DNA of 63,574 nucleotides, counting the filler, from Octopus bimaculoides (taxonomy: Eukaryota), in the NCBI RefSeq assembly GCF_001194135.2. It is 5 parts of 4 records of this genome, joined end to end, with 100 filler letters (N's around TTAATTAATTAA, not from the genome) between each part and the next. Parts side by side here need not be neighbours in the genome. Positions count along the whole stretch, not along the records: positions 1 to 20,634 come from NC_069000.1; 4 more parts are not named here. One strand, given 5' to 3'. This document shows, piece after piece, positions 1-12,466 of the stretch. Below the pieces are notes generated by a model that saw only the letters and a program-made list of their open reading frames with translations, had not been told where the DNA came from and did not search any database. Position numbers and translations under genes: made by a program. Numbering within the stretch: the stretch's first letter is position 1; each line of letters starts with the position of its first letter.

Positions 1-80
<80 letters not shown>

Positions 81-1884
81 GCTTTTACATAGAGATGCAC
101 ATATACAGACTTATGAATGCTTATATATGTGTGTTCATATGTGTAGAGAGCAAGGAAATGAGAAAGATTTAATTATCCACATCTTCATATATAACACATA
201 CAAACTCATGCCCAAATGCTATATGAAAGCAGACAACAACCAAAACAAAAAAAGAAGACAGAGAAACCATGACAGCTACAGGATAAATATGATTGCAGAA
301 AAGTGAAGAAATTATTGGAGGTTCTGCAGAGATTAAAAGACAGAAATATCAACCTGCTGATACACATAGTCACATGTTTGTGTGAGAGAAACAGGTGATC
401 TGGTAGAGTTTCCTATCTACAGTTGATGCTTTGAAGTTTTTACTCAAATTTACTCTAAATGAAACATTACTGGACGGGGTGTGTAGCTTAGATATCAGGG
501 TGTCCCTCTCTAGGCTGTGTCACTTCTCTGCATTGGTACTATGGTCTCCTGTTCTGGTACTATGGTCATGTGATTAGAATGTTGCAGGAAAGAATCATAG
601 GATGGATTCAAGCTGAGCCAACTGAGAGAGGACCTCAGGGTAGACCAAGAATGAGATGGTTGGATAATATCCACAGTATCAGATGGCTCATCATCATCAT
701 CATCAACATTTAATGTTCACTTTCTATGCTGGCATGAGTTGGATGGCTTAACAGGAACTGGCAAAGCCAGGGACCACAACAGGTTCCATAGTCGGTTTTG
801 GCTTGGTTTCTGCAGCTGATTGCTGTTCCTAATGCCGACCACTTTACAAAGTGTACTTGATGCTTTTTACGTGGCACCATCACTGATGCTTTTTATTTGC
901 CACCAACACCCACACCAAAGCTTTTTACATAGCACCTGAGTTTTAGGATCTCAATTCTGTTGTGATGGTCTTCTTGAGTACAGCAATGTGCCGCATATCT
1001 TGGTCCTCTGTCATCCCTTTCATAAGGTTGCTCTTAGGAATCCAGCAGGCAACTGTAATGATGGCTACTTCTGATAGGACCCTATGAAATGGTACGTGAG
1101 GACTTTTTTTTTTTTCCATGATTCCCCCACCCCATCCCCGCCTCCTGGAATGGTGAGAGGAGAAATGGATAGCTGAAGAACTGCAATTTCAGGAATTCTT
1201 TTACCATCCTTGTTATGACTTAGATATTTGGTAATGTTGCAGTGAGGAATTGATCAATAAGCAAATAAGCAAATAAAGGCATGTTTTTAAAATACCAGTC
1301 CCAGGGACCACAAAATAACTCTCCCTAGATGTAACAGTAAGGAAGGATTCAGTGCATTGACTCAACTTGTTAGAAATAGCAGTCCAGCCTGCCTCAAATC
1401 ACACATTGCTGTTTTAAAAATAAAGACAGAATACATTATCTTCTATTTTTTTGCAGAACTTGATTCAGTCATTGGACTGTGGCCATACTGGGGCACAACC
1501 TTGATGGGTTTAAGTCAAACAATTCAACCACAGTACTAATGGGGTTTTTTGTATTTTTTTAAAGACTGGTACTTATTCTATTGGTTGCTTTTGCTGAACC
1601 ACTAAGTTATAGGGATGTAAACAAAGCAACGCCAATTGTCAAGTGAACAGGGGGAAACACAAACACAGTCACAAATACACACACAGATGCATACACACAC
1701 ACACACACAGATGCATACACACACACACACACACACACACTGGGTTTCCACACAGTTTCCATTTACCAAATTAAATCACAAGGCATTGGTTGACATTCTT
1801 GGGCAAGTTGACTTCTACTATAGCCCCAAAGCCTTGAGGCGAATTTTAGTAGATGGAAACTGAAAGAAACCCAGTGTGTGTGTG

Positions 1885-2031
1885 TGTTTGTTTCTCTCCT
1901 TGTTTCTTTCTGTGGAAGAACATAGGCTCGAAACGTTAAAGACTTTTTCAATTCCCAAGCGTTATACTAATACATATGTTTGTTTTCTACACCACCTGTC
2001 TTTGTCTGTTGTTTTTTTGCGAATTCTCCCT

Positions 2032-2035
<4 letters not shown>
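1885..2035 (+). mobile_element. Penelope terminal segment of the same family
   Basis: Reverse complement of the segments at about 43950-44060, 44625-44780 and 50080-50230 (CTCGAAACGTTAAAGAC...ATTCTCCC), followed by (TA)n. Confidence 0.7.
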
Positions 2036-2096
<61 letters not shown>

Positions 2097-2127
2097 CATA
2101 CATACATACATACATACATACATACAC

Positions 2128-2290
2128 ATGTCACTCACTAACTGTGGAAGGAACCTGTGGAAGAGGTAGACCCAAGAAGACATGGGATGAGGTGGTGAAG
2201 CATGACCTTTGAACATTGGGTCTCACAGAGGCAATGACACAAGACTGAGACCTTTGAAGATATGCTGTGATTGAGAAGACCTGGAAACTA
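2128..2290 (+). mobile_element. RTE LINE C-terminal fragment
   Basis: CHSLTVEGTCGRGRPKKTWDEVVKHDL*TLGLTEAMT...AVIEKT. Confidence 0.8.
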
Positions 2291-4779
2291 AAGTGAGATC
2301 GTAGCCACACATGTCTGGCCCAGTTGAGAGTACTCCTGATATGCTATGCTTGAGTATCACCCTATAGCTCTATTGGAGCTTCAAAAACTCAGCAACACTT
2401 TTTTTTAGTATGCTCTTGATATTTCATAATGATAAAATATGTAAATCCCAATATGTTATTTGCTACATCCTCCATCAAGTCTTCTGTAATAATAATAATA
2501 ATTTTTTGATGTATTCTTTTTTGCACTGAGGAGAACAGTAATATGTGATTAATTTAATTTAATTTAATTAATTTCTAATTATTCGACCATGTTATTTACA
2601 TGTTAATATTGCTGTTCGAAACAATCGTATGCATGGATTAAAATTCTTTTTTAAAATTTCATCATCTTCTCTTCAGCATCTTTAACAGTTTGTTGAGTTT
2701 CTATGGGATAATTTTCCAGGAATTCTCATAACACACAATATACATGTAATAATTTCATATTCGCAAAAATCTTACGCCAGCAAGCTACCAACAAAATATG
2801 AAGAATCTTTATTAGAAATCGCCCCTTTGGAACCCTCCAAAGTGAAAGATGAAATGGAACTCAACCTTTTCACACATATTTATACACACACACACACGCA
2901 CACATATTTTTACACACACACACGCACACATATATACATACATATGTACACTTATGTGTGTGGGTTGGTGACATGTCATCAATACAAGTGTACTAAAGAC
3001 AGTCACAACTTATATAAGAAAATTAGACTACATTAAATTGCACTGTGTGAAATTGCACAAAGAAAAAAGATACAAAACACTCCCCCCTCTTTCTCCCCCC
3101 CCCCTATCTCTCTATCTATCTATCTATCTTTTCTCTACATCTTAACTACCTCATTATTAGTCTATCAAGTAAAATACAGCTGCTCCATCACTGGTGACAA
3201 ACAACGCTCATTCACATAACACTCAAACATAAAAATGATATTATTTATTTGTCATTTTTAATATCTTCTTATGAGATTATTATTATTATTACTATTTACT
3301 CTTTTTTCTGTTTTTGTTTTTTTTCTCAGAACGTCACTGAATCTATCATGTATTCGTTTTTCCAAAACTATATATTCTTTCACACTCCACGTAGAACCTA
3401 ATTATGAGGAATTTCCAGCAGCAATAAAATCATTTGGTGTGTGTGTTTGGTTATAGATTATGTATTGCGTTATATTCAGTTTTTCTTTTCCCACATTAAC
3501 GCAAAAAAAACAACATAGAATATATAAAAACATATAACACATAAAAATTCATAAAGAACATAAAAAAAGACTACTAATACATCATTGAAAAGAAAAATAT
3601 AAACATATAAATGATTTAATAATATGAATTCTATGGAGTATTAAGATGTTGGACTAAAATATGGCATACAGAAAGAAATAATAAAAACAACCTCATCAAA
3701 GCACAATGTTGATAGTCAATGTATGATTTGAATTTGTTTCATTCTTCTTTATTTTTTCTAACAATTAAGGGGAAACATTCCCCCAGAATATGTTTGATGG
3801 GGCCTTAATTTAATGTCATCAGCAATGGGTTGCTTTGCTATAAGTTTCCAAATAGAGTGGGTGCTGGAAGGATCACTAAGAAAACAGTCAGAAATTTACA
3901 AGTGTTAACACTGGAAAATAGAATTCTATGGAAATTTCATTGAGTTTATGCGATGCTGTCTATATGATAAAATTAAGGGAGTATGGTTTTGCATATTTAA
4001 TGTAAAAAAGCAGGGTTACTATAATGGGTTTTAAGCAATGGGTGCTAATTTCATGTAGCAAAAGTAGAATAGAGATAATGCTACTTTTTCCCAAGTCTAC
4101 ACATTACTGTTTTTTTCTTGATTTGAACTACTAGTTGTGTTAACCCCTAACCCCTTTGATGCCAACTTGCCTGAGACTGCCCTTAGTTATGTAGTACAAA
4201 CTTCCTGTTTTAACCCTTTAGTATTTCAGATGGGGCCTCAACTTAATGTCATTAACAAAAGGTTGCTTTGCTATACTTTACAAAATAGAGTGAGTGCAGG
4301 AAAGATCACTAAGAAAACACATTGTTTTGAATTAATTACACACTATCTCATAGCTTTGAGATTTCGATGATGCGGTTGCTAATTTTTAGAATTACAGTGT
4401 AGGATAGGTGTGAGAGGCCAGATCTGGCCAATTTAAATGCTAATGGCTTTAGGTGATAATGAATTAAAGTTTACTATTAAGACTCCCTGCTAATTTATGT
4501 TCCAAACAGTTGCTTTGTTACAACAGGGTTATTTTACTAAATTCTTCATTGTTTTAAAAATTAATTGAAAGACATTGTTCTTCAACGAAAAGGTTAAAGT
4601 TTTAGAATTTTAAGATAGGAATCCTATTGAGTATCATATGAAAGTATGTAAATTAGAATGGGGCATTGCATTGGTGCCACTATACCCCATTGGTTTGAAG
4701 AAATTGAAACAAAGAGGATTACTTACATATGACTCAAGTTGTAATTTGGAATGATGTGCTTTGTAGAACAGCTCCCACA

Positions 4780-5005
4780 TGAGCTGGCAGAAACGTTAGC
4801 ACACTGGGCGAAATGCTCAGCGGTATTTCGTCTGCTGTTACATTCTGATTTCAAATACCACCGAGGTTGAATTTGCCTTTCATCCTTTCGGGGTCGATAA
4901 ATTAAATACCAGTTACACACTGGGGTCGATGTAATCGACTCAATCCCTTTGTCTGTCCTTGTTTGTCCCCTCTATGTATAGCCCCTTGTCGGCAATAAAG
5001 ATATA
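4780..5005 (+). mobile_element. tRNA-derived SINE family A (GAGCTGGCAGAAACGTTAGCAC head; CCAGT..CTGGGGTCGAT core)
   Basis: tRNA-like head, conserved core and a 15-bp TSD AGAACAGCTCCCACA (4765-4779 and 5006-5020). Confidence 0.85.
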
Positions 5006-5080
5006 AGAACAGCTCCCACACTACCTATTGAGTTATTTTTTCATGAATGACATAATCAAAAGGTGGTGAGCTGTCAAATA

Positions 5081-5980
5081 CGAGATGGTATCAAAAAGTT
5101 CCTGAACTCGTTCTGTAGCACACCAACAGATAGCAGCACATGGTTGTGTGTGCAGTGAGAGCTAGCAGTGACCTTCATAAGGCAGTGTGCTGAGTGACAT
5201 TGCTGTGTTTACTTCACAAGTTGTGAAATCTGTGTTTTTGTGATCACAAAATAAGTCTGCAGTTTTGTCATGGACAGGAAGTTAGAACCTGAGAGCCAAT
5301 GTGAAATTTTGTGTAAAACTTGGGAAGTTTGCTACGGAGACATTGAGTATAATTTGGCAAGCTTATGGCAATGAGGCAATGGGTCAAATGCAATGCTTTG
5401 AGTGGCACTGGAGCTTCAAAAGCGGAAGAACATCCCTGGAAGAGGATGAACGATCTGAAAGACATGCCACAAGTGTCATCCTTGAAAATGTGGTTTTGTG
5501 CATTGAGAATTCATCCCCCAGGGCCAGACCATCAGTCAAGACATCTACTGTGATGTTGTGAACCGTTTGAGGGAGGACATTATGATGAAAGTTCTGGATC
5601 TGTGGAGCATGTAGAATTGGATTCTTCACCAATCTCTCCTCACTCATGAATTTCTCACCAAAAAGCAACATGGTATCACTTCCACACCTGCACTATTCAC
5701 CAGATTTAGCACCTGTGGTCTTCTATCTTGACCCCAAGATGAAAATGCACCTCAAAGATAGCCATTTTAATACTGCTGTGAAGATGTAGAACAAGTTGCA
5801 GGAGGTCCTCAACTCACGGAAAATAACTTCCAGGCCGGATTCCTAAAGTGGGAGGAACACTGGGACTGGTGTATTGCTATGCAAGGTGACTATTTCAAAG
5901 GAGATGATATTCAAACTTAAGGTAAATAAGTTATTTTTTATTAAACATAGCTAGTCTGTGAACCTTTTTATACCACCTTG
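5081..5980 (+). mobile_element. Mariner (Tc1/mariner) DNA transposon, internally deleted and decayed
   Basis: Imperfect TIRs (CGAGATGGTATCAAAAAGTTC / revcomp CAAGGTGGTATAAAAAGGTTC) flanked by TA at 5079-80 and 5981-82. Remnants include the HTH KFCVKLGKFATETL..AYGNEAM...CFEWH..FKSGRTSLEEDERS and C-terminal YSPDLAP and QGDYF. Confidence 0.9.
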
Positions 5981-6039
5981 TAGGTGTTGAGGAATATAAT
6001 GTTTTTTCTTGAGCCCTAGGACTCATAAGACCAGTTACT

Positions 6040-6545
6040 CAGTTTCCATGGCATATAAGTGATGAAGATCTTGATATTTTCTTTGAACAAAACGCCAGTC
6101 CATTGCAGAGTCCAAGGTCAGTAATTATATTTAGAGAAAAGGGCAATTTGATTACATTGACCCCAGCACTTAACTGGAACTTTATTTTATCAACTCTGAA
6201 GGGATGAAAGGCAAAGTTGACCTTGGTGAGATTTGAACTCAGAATGTAAAAACCTGGAAGAAATTCCTCTAAATATTTTGTCCAGTGTGCTAACAATTCT
6301 GCCAGCTTGCCACCTTATAATATTGGTTTCAAATTTTGGCACCAAGGTCAGCAATCTTGGAAGAGGGGTAAGTTGATTACATTGACGCCAGTGCCCAACT
6401 GGTACTTATTTTATTGACCCCTAAACGATGAAATACAAAGTCAGTCCCTGTGGAATTTGAACTCAGAATGTAAAGATGGATGATATGCTGTGCTAAGCAT
6501 TTTGTCCAGCCTGCTAACAATTCTGCCAGGTCACCAATTTTTGCC
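6040..6545 (-). mobile_element. Two tandem SINE family A copies
   Basis: Two successive reverse-complement copies of the 4780-5005 family. Confidence 0.8.
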
Positions 6546-7212
6546 ACCTTGTAATATTATTTAATTCCCTTATAAATTTTTTCCCTACTGCAAATAAGGA
6601 AACAACACTTCATAGGTTTCTACTTCTTTTAAGTAACATCAGTACAAATGTGGCTTCTCTTATAGTTTGCTACAGTTTTAAGGTATAATCATTTTCATTT
6701 TATCTAGTTTCAGCTCATGAGCTGTGGCCATGCTGGGGGCACCGCCATTATATATACTGCCATAATATACAGAAATGTATATTTGTTGGCATGGGATTGT
6801 TTACTAATTAAATAATTCTGAGATGCTATCCTCATGATAAGCAGAAGTTTTTTCGGGTGTTAGCATATTCACTGAAAGTGCATCAGAATATTGAAGGAGA
6901 ATGAAATGACATGGACGTGGAAATAAAAACCTACATTTGCTGTACTCACTGGAAAAATTAAATATTAATCATCAATTGACACTGTTTTTTTTCACACCAC
7001 AGACATTACACCACTGTGTGTTAAATATGTTCACACTTATTGTTTATCGTGCAGATGGTGCCTTAGGATTCTTCAGTGTCATCATTGTTTTTATGTTTGC
7101 CTTTTCCATGCTGGTATGGGTCGGACAAGTCTTATTGAATCTTATCTTGTGGCTTGGGAGTATTCTGTTACCAAAAAGTTAAATTTCCATATGTGTATAA
7201 AAGTAAACAAAC

Positions 7213-7408
7213 AGGCGCAGGAGTGGCTGTGTGGTAAGTAGCTTGCTTACCAACCACATGGTTCTGGGTTCAGTCCCACTGCGTGGCACCTTGGGTAAGT
7301 GTCTTCTACTATAGCCTCAGGCCGACCAAAGCCTTGTGAGTGGATTTGGTAGACGGAAACTGAAAGANNNNNNNNNNNNNNNNNNNNNNNNNNNNNNNNN
7401 NNNNNNNN

Positions 7409-7457
<49 letters not shown>

Positions 7458-7640
7458 ATGTGTCTGTTTGTTCTCCCAACATCGCTTGACAACCGATGTT
7501 GGTGTGTTTATGTCCCCGTAACTTAGCAGTTCAGCAAAAAGAAACCGATAGAATAAGTCCTGGGGTCGATTTGCTCGACTAAAGGTGGTGCAGCAGCATG
7601 GCCGCAGTCAAATGACTGAAACAAGTAAAAAAAGAGAGTA
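7213..7640 (+). mobile_element. tRNA-derived SINE family B (GCAGGAGTGGCTGTGTGGTAAG head, internal TA/TG microsatellite); further copies at about 10725-11105, 16545-16960 and 59545-60180
   Basis: A/B-box-like head (TGGCTGTGTGG; GGTTCAGTCCC), shared body and 3' end CAGTCAAATGACTGAAACAAGTAAAA in all copies. Confidence 0.85.
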
Positions 7641-7784
7641 AACAAAAAAATGTTTTTCTTTTTCATTAGAAATGTGTATTGTACGATACAAATAAGATGA
7701 TATTTTTTTGAATGCAGAGTTGCCATTAGAACAACAAAAATACTGGGTAAAGTACCCTTACAAAGCGGAAAAATATGTGTCAAC

Positions 7785-7857
7785 AACCAGTCACGGGACA
7801 TGAACCCATATCCCTCAAAGACTCCAGCTGAGTGCTTTACTATTAAGCTAAACTGCC
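7785..7857 (-). pseudogene. tRNA-like 73-nt sequence (degenerate tRNA or solo SINE head)
   Basis: Foldable D arm (GCTT/AAGC), anticodon stem (CTCAG/TTGAG) and T arm (ATGGG-TTCATGT-CCCGT), but a 9-nt anticodon loop and an imperfect acceptor stem. Confidence 0.4.
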
Positions 7858-8002
7858 TGCTGACAAATTCATCCATCGAATTAGATGCTAAATACTTTAG
7901 CTTTATAGAACAACCATGTGTGTATAAATGTAAACAAACACACATGCAAGCATCCAAACATATGTATGTTTAAATGAGTTTGTATGTATATGAGATTGCA
8001 TG

Positions 8003-8033
<31 letters not shown>

Positions 8034-8874
8034 GTTGCTAACTATCAGCCATTTTGTATTCCTATTGTATGACATACAATAGGAATACAAAATACAAAAT
8101 GGCTGATAGTTAGCAAGGCGGGACACACATAAGAAAGAAGAAAGCAAAGGACCACTGATGAGGTCACAGAAGTGTGACGAAAGAACTCTGGCCGAAATAG
8201 GATTAATGTAATGTAATGTAATATAAAGCTGAAGCAAATTAACACCAAATATATAGTGCGTGTGTTTTTATTGGCTAAACTGGCAATATGACCATCCCCA
8301 AGTACAACANNNNNNNNNNNNNNNNNNNNNNNNNNNNNNNNNNNNNNNNNNNNNNNNNNNNNNNNNNNNNNNNNNNNNNNNNNNNNNNNNNNNNNNNNNN
8401 NNNNNNNNNNNNNNNNNNNNNNNNNNNNNNNNNNNNNNNNNNNNNNNNNNNNNNNNNNNNNNNNNNNNNNNNNNNNNNNNNNNNNNNNNNNNNNNNNNNN
8501 NNNNNNNNNNNNNNNNNNNNNNNNNNNNNNNNNNNNNNNNNNNNNNNNNNNNNNNNNNNNNNNNNNNNNNNNNNNNNNNNNNNNACAGTATACATTTAAA
8601 CACATAAGAGGCATCCATACCAAATGGATGCTTTTCCTAATGCCAACCGCTTTACAAAGTGTTCTGGGTTTATGCAGTGAACAGCACAGGTGCTTTTATG
8701 TGGCACCACCACAGGTGCTTTTTACATGGCACCAGCACAGGTGCTTATACTTAGTATCGGCACACATGCTTTGTACGTGGCACCAGCGTGGGTGCTCTAT
8801 ATGTTACACCAGCATGGGTGCTTTTTAAATGGCACCTAATCCAAAAATGAAAAAAAAACTTGAGCCATTTAGAC

Positions 8875-9160
8875 CAGGGGTTTTCAAACTGTGGTCCGCG
8901 GACCACAGGGGGTCCACAAGGACAAGACAGGGGGTCCGTGGACAGCAAATACTTTTTATGGGCAATTTGATTTTATATATGTTTTTTAATCAAAATCTTT
9001 TAATTGACAATAAACCTATTTGTTAAATACTGTTAAATAAATAAATGTAAAAATATATGTTATTTTAAGCAAATATTTATGTATAAATTTCATAAGCGTT
9101 TATAAAGGTAAAGCCTGAAATATAAAGGGGTCCGCAAGTCAAAAAGTTTGAAAACCCCTG
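8875..9160. mobile_element. hAT (Charlie-like) MITE, 286 bp
   Basis: Perfect 16-bp TIR CAGGGGTTTTCAAACT and perfect 8-bp TSD ATTTAGAC (8867-8874 and 9161-9168). Confidence 0.92.
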
Positions 9161-11642
9161 ATTTAGACAAGCAGCATCTTTGAATGTTCTGACTTTGGCA
9201 GTGGTGATCCATCCAACCCATACTGGCATGGAAACGGGAAATAAAATGATCATAATGATGATGATGATATTGGTAGTGTTGTTGGTGGCTGTGTGTTTAT
9301 GTGTATATGTGTGTAACACTATAGTTTCTCAGGTGTTATATATTAAGTATGCATATATGCATAGCTATTTTCCACTTCTCAAGTTCTAAAGATTAAATAT
9401 GTATATAAGTATAGCTACTCTTTATTGCTCTCATACTGTAGAGTGTAAATGTATGCTATGTCTAAAGAATGTTTTTCCTTGTGATTCTGTATTAAATGAA
9501 ATATATTTTAATTGGTTTCATCATCATCACCATCATCATGATTATCATTTAATATCCACTTTTCCATACTAGCGTAAACCAGATGGAATTTAATGAGGCA
9601 GATTTTCTAAGGTTGGATGCCCTTCCTGTTGCTAATCCTCACCTTTTCCTAAGCAAGGTAATTTTTCCCCATTACCCGACATGTTATACATGGAAGACTG
9701 GAAACAAACAATGCTTGTGCGATAGCAATACTTGTTTATAATTATCACATGATATCGAGAGGATGGCACCATGTAAAAGCACATAAAAAATACTGTTAAT
9801 GGGGTCATGTAAAAAGCACCCAGTACCCACTGTAAAGTAGTTGGTATTAGGAAGGGCATCCAGCTATAGGAACCATGCCAGAACAGACAATGGAATGTGG
9901 TGTGGTCCCTGACTTTGCCAGCTCCTGTCAAACCTTCCAATCTATGCCTGGTAACCATTACCCCCTCTACAGCTAGATACCTGTTTCTGCCTCTCTGTCT
10001 CTCTGTCATGTTCTGACCTTTCATCAGCTGACACAAAACCACCTCCTCCAATGCCCTCTCCCCTCTTAAAGATTCCTTGTCTTGCAAGTTACTTGGTGAC
10101 TTTGCCAGTGCTGGTGCCACATAAAAAGCATCCAGTCCACACTGTGAAGTGGTTGGCATTTGGAAGAGCATCCAGCTGTAAAAAACCATGCAAAATATGA
10201 CCTCTCCAGTGTTGGTGTCACTTAAAAGGCACTCAGTCCACTCTGCAGGGTGGTCGTTGTTTGGAAGGACATCCAGCCGTAAAAACCCTGCTAAGACAGA
10301 CACAGAAGTCTAGTGCAGTCTTCTGCCTGGCCAGCTCCTGTCAAACCATGGAAGGCAGACATTAAACAATGATGATCATGATGATAGCAATGGGCTTCTT
10401 TCAGTTTCTGTCTGCCAAATCCACTCACAAAGCTTTTGTCAGCCTAGTAGTATTGTCATCCACTCATTGCAAATAGCCAACAGGCAGTTGAAAGTTTGTT
10501 AACCTTCCTTTATTCTTTCAAGGGGAATTTTTCATTTAGATAATTAAAAAAGGTAACACAGTCATTAAATAATGTAAAACATTTATCAAGCATAGGATAT
10601 GTATGCTTAGAAAGGACTTGTGAGATGATGGGATTGCACCCCCAAAACGTCCGACATACTGTAATTGTTTTTTTAAAGTTTGTGCTAACTGACTGTGATG
10701 TCTGACTCATTTTTAATAATTTATAGGTGCAGGAGTGGCTGTGTGGTAAGAAGCTTGTTTCCCAACCACATGGTTCTGGGTTCAGTCTCATTACGTGGCA
10801 CCTTGGGCAAGTGTTTTCCACTATAGCCTCGGGCCGACCAAAGCCTTGTGAGTGGATTTTGTAGACGGAAACTGAAAGAAGCCCATCATGTATATACATA
10901 TATGTGTGTGTGTGTCTGTGTTTGTCCCCCACCGTTGCTTGACAACTGATGTTGGTGTGTTTCCGTCCCAGTAACTTAGCAGCTCAGCAAAAGCGATTGA
11001 TAAAAGAAGTACTAGGTCTACAGAGAACAAGTCCTGGGTCAATTTGCTTGACTAAATGTGGTGCTCCAGCATGACAGCAGTCAAATGACTGAAACAAGTA
11101 AAAGAGTATCAATACAAAATATTTAACCTCCGCTATATCCTTTTCTGCAAGACAGCTATTTCTGTCCCTCTATTCATACTCTAACATCTCATCACCTGGC
11201 ACAAAACTACATCATCATCATAATTATCCCCATCATCATTTAACATTCATTTTCCATGCTGGCATAAGTTGGATGATTTTACTGGAGCCAGTAAGGACAG
11301 GGTCGCACCAGGCTCCCATCATCTGTTCTAGCATGGTTTCTATGACTGGGTGCCCTTCTTAATGCCAACCACTCAACAGAATGCACTGGGTACTTTTTAT
11401 GTGGCACCAGCACCATTATTTTTAACATGGCACCAGCATGAATGCTTTTTATGTGGCACCAGCACTGGTATCAATTTTGTTGCAGTGGCTGGATCTTCTT
11501 GAATACAGCAAGGTGCCAGATATCTCAGTCATTTAGTCATCTCTTTCATAAGGCTCAGAGATCAGCCTTCAATACTTCGTCCCGTGTATTCCTGGGTCTC
11601 CCTCTTCCACAAATTCCATCCACTTTAAGTGATCAGCACTTC

Positions 11643-12160
11643 TGTATGCAGCTGTCTACATGTATACACATGTATGTAACTGTCTATATGTATACACATG
11701 TATGCAGCTGTCTATGTCTACACATGTATGCAGCTGTCTACATGTATACACATGTGTGCAACTGTCTGCATGTATACACATGTGTGCAACTGTCTACATG
11801 TATACACATGTATGCAGCTGTCAACATGTATACACATGTGTGCAACTGTCTTCATGTATACACATGTATGCAGTTGTCTACACCTATACACATGTATGCA
11901 GCTGTCTACATGTATACATATGTATGTAACTGTCTATATTTATACACATGTATGCAGCTGTCTATGTCTACACATGTATGCAGCTGTCTACATCTATACA
12001 CATGTATGCAGCTGTCTACGTCTGTACACATGTCTGCAACTGTCTACATGTATACACATGTGTGCAACTGTTTACATCTATACACATGTATACAGCTGTG
12101 TACATCTATATACATGTGTGCCACTGTTTGTATCTATACATATGTATGCAACTGTCTGAA
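11643..12160. repeat. About 28-bp minisatellite (TGTATGCAGCTGTCTACATGTATACACA), roughly 18 units with some 22-bp variants
   Basis: Directly visible tandem array; the long ORFs across it are repeat translations. Confidence 0.9.
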
Positions 12161-12217
12161 TCCCTTAAGTTTCACTACAGCACAAGTAACACATGTAAAT
12201 ACTACATATATCTGCAG

Positions 12218-12466
12218 GTCCTGACTCTTCGTTCAATCCATGAGCAACTGACGCACTTGCTCAGTTCCCAGGAGCAGCAGGAACTGAACATGTCACAAGT
12301 ATTCCGGCCGTTCACTGGTCTCAACCCCATTCTCTACAATCCGTTCACCAAACCTCTTTGGGACGCCGCAGTGGTACAGTTCAGCCGAGTACTGTCACCT
12401 ATCGAGCAGAAAGTAGCCTCTGTCCTGAAACGTCACATTCAAGATGTGGAAGGAAACTTACAACAG
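12218..12466 (+). CDS. DYNC2H1: Cytoplasmic dynein 2 heavy chain 1, internal exon (249 nt, phase 0/0), N-terminal tail region
   Basis: AG acceptor at 12216-12217 and GTAATT donor at 12467. Translation VLTLRSIHEQLTHLLSSQEQQELNMSQVFRPFTGLNPILYNPFTKPLWDAAVVQFSRVLSPIEQKVASVLKRHIQDVEGNLQQ matches the human DYNC2H1 segment I recall (VLAIRTIHEK...FEPFTGLNPVQYNPYTEPLWKAAVSQYEKIIAPAEQKIAGKLK...SPQQ). Confidence 0.93.

Noticed and set aside
2560-2830. Possible Tc1 transposase C-terminal remnant on the minus strand
   Set aside because: No TIR or catalytic motif could be verified; the resemblance is too weak.
3331-3456. Strong polypyrimidine acceptor (TTTTTTCTCAG) as the upstream DYNC2H1 exon
   Set aside because: No frame resembles the expected preceding dynein sequence and there is no suitable donor.
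8689-8836. Palindromic repeat units with variable linkers as a possible CRISPR array
   Set aside because: The context is eukaryotic, the linkers are only a few bases, there are no cas genes, and the unit is part of the RTE 3'UTR family.
11442-12224. 260-aa Cys/His/Tyr-rich ORF resembling a metal-binding repeat protein
   Set aside because: It is the translation of the 28-bp minisatellite, which is open in several frames; there is no splice or codon evidence.
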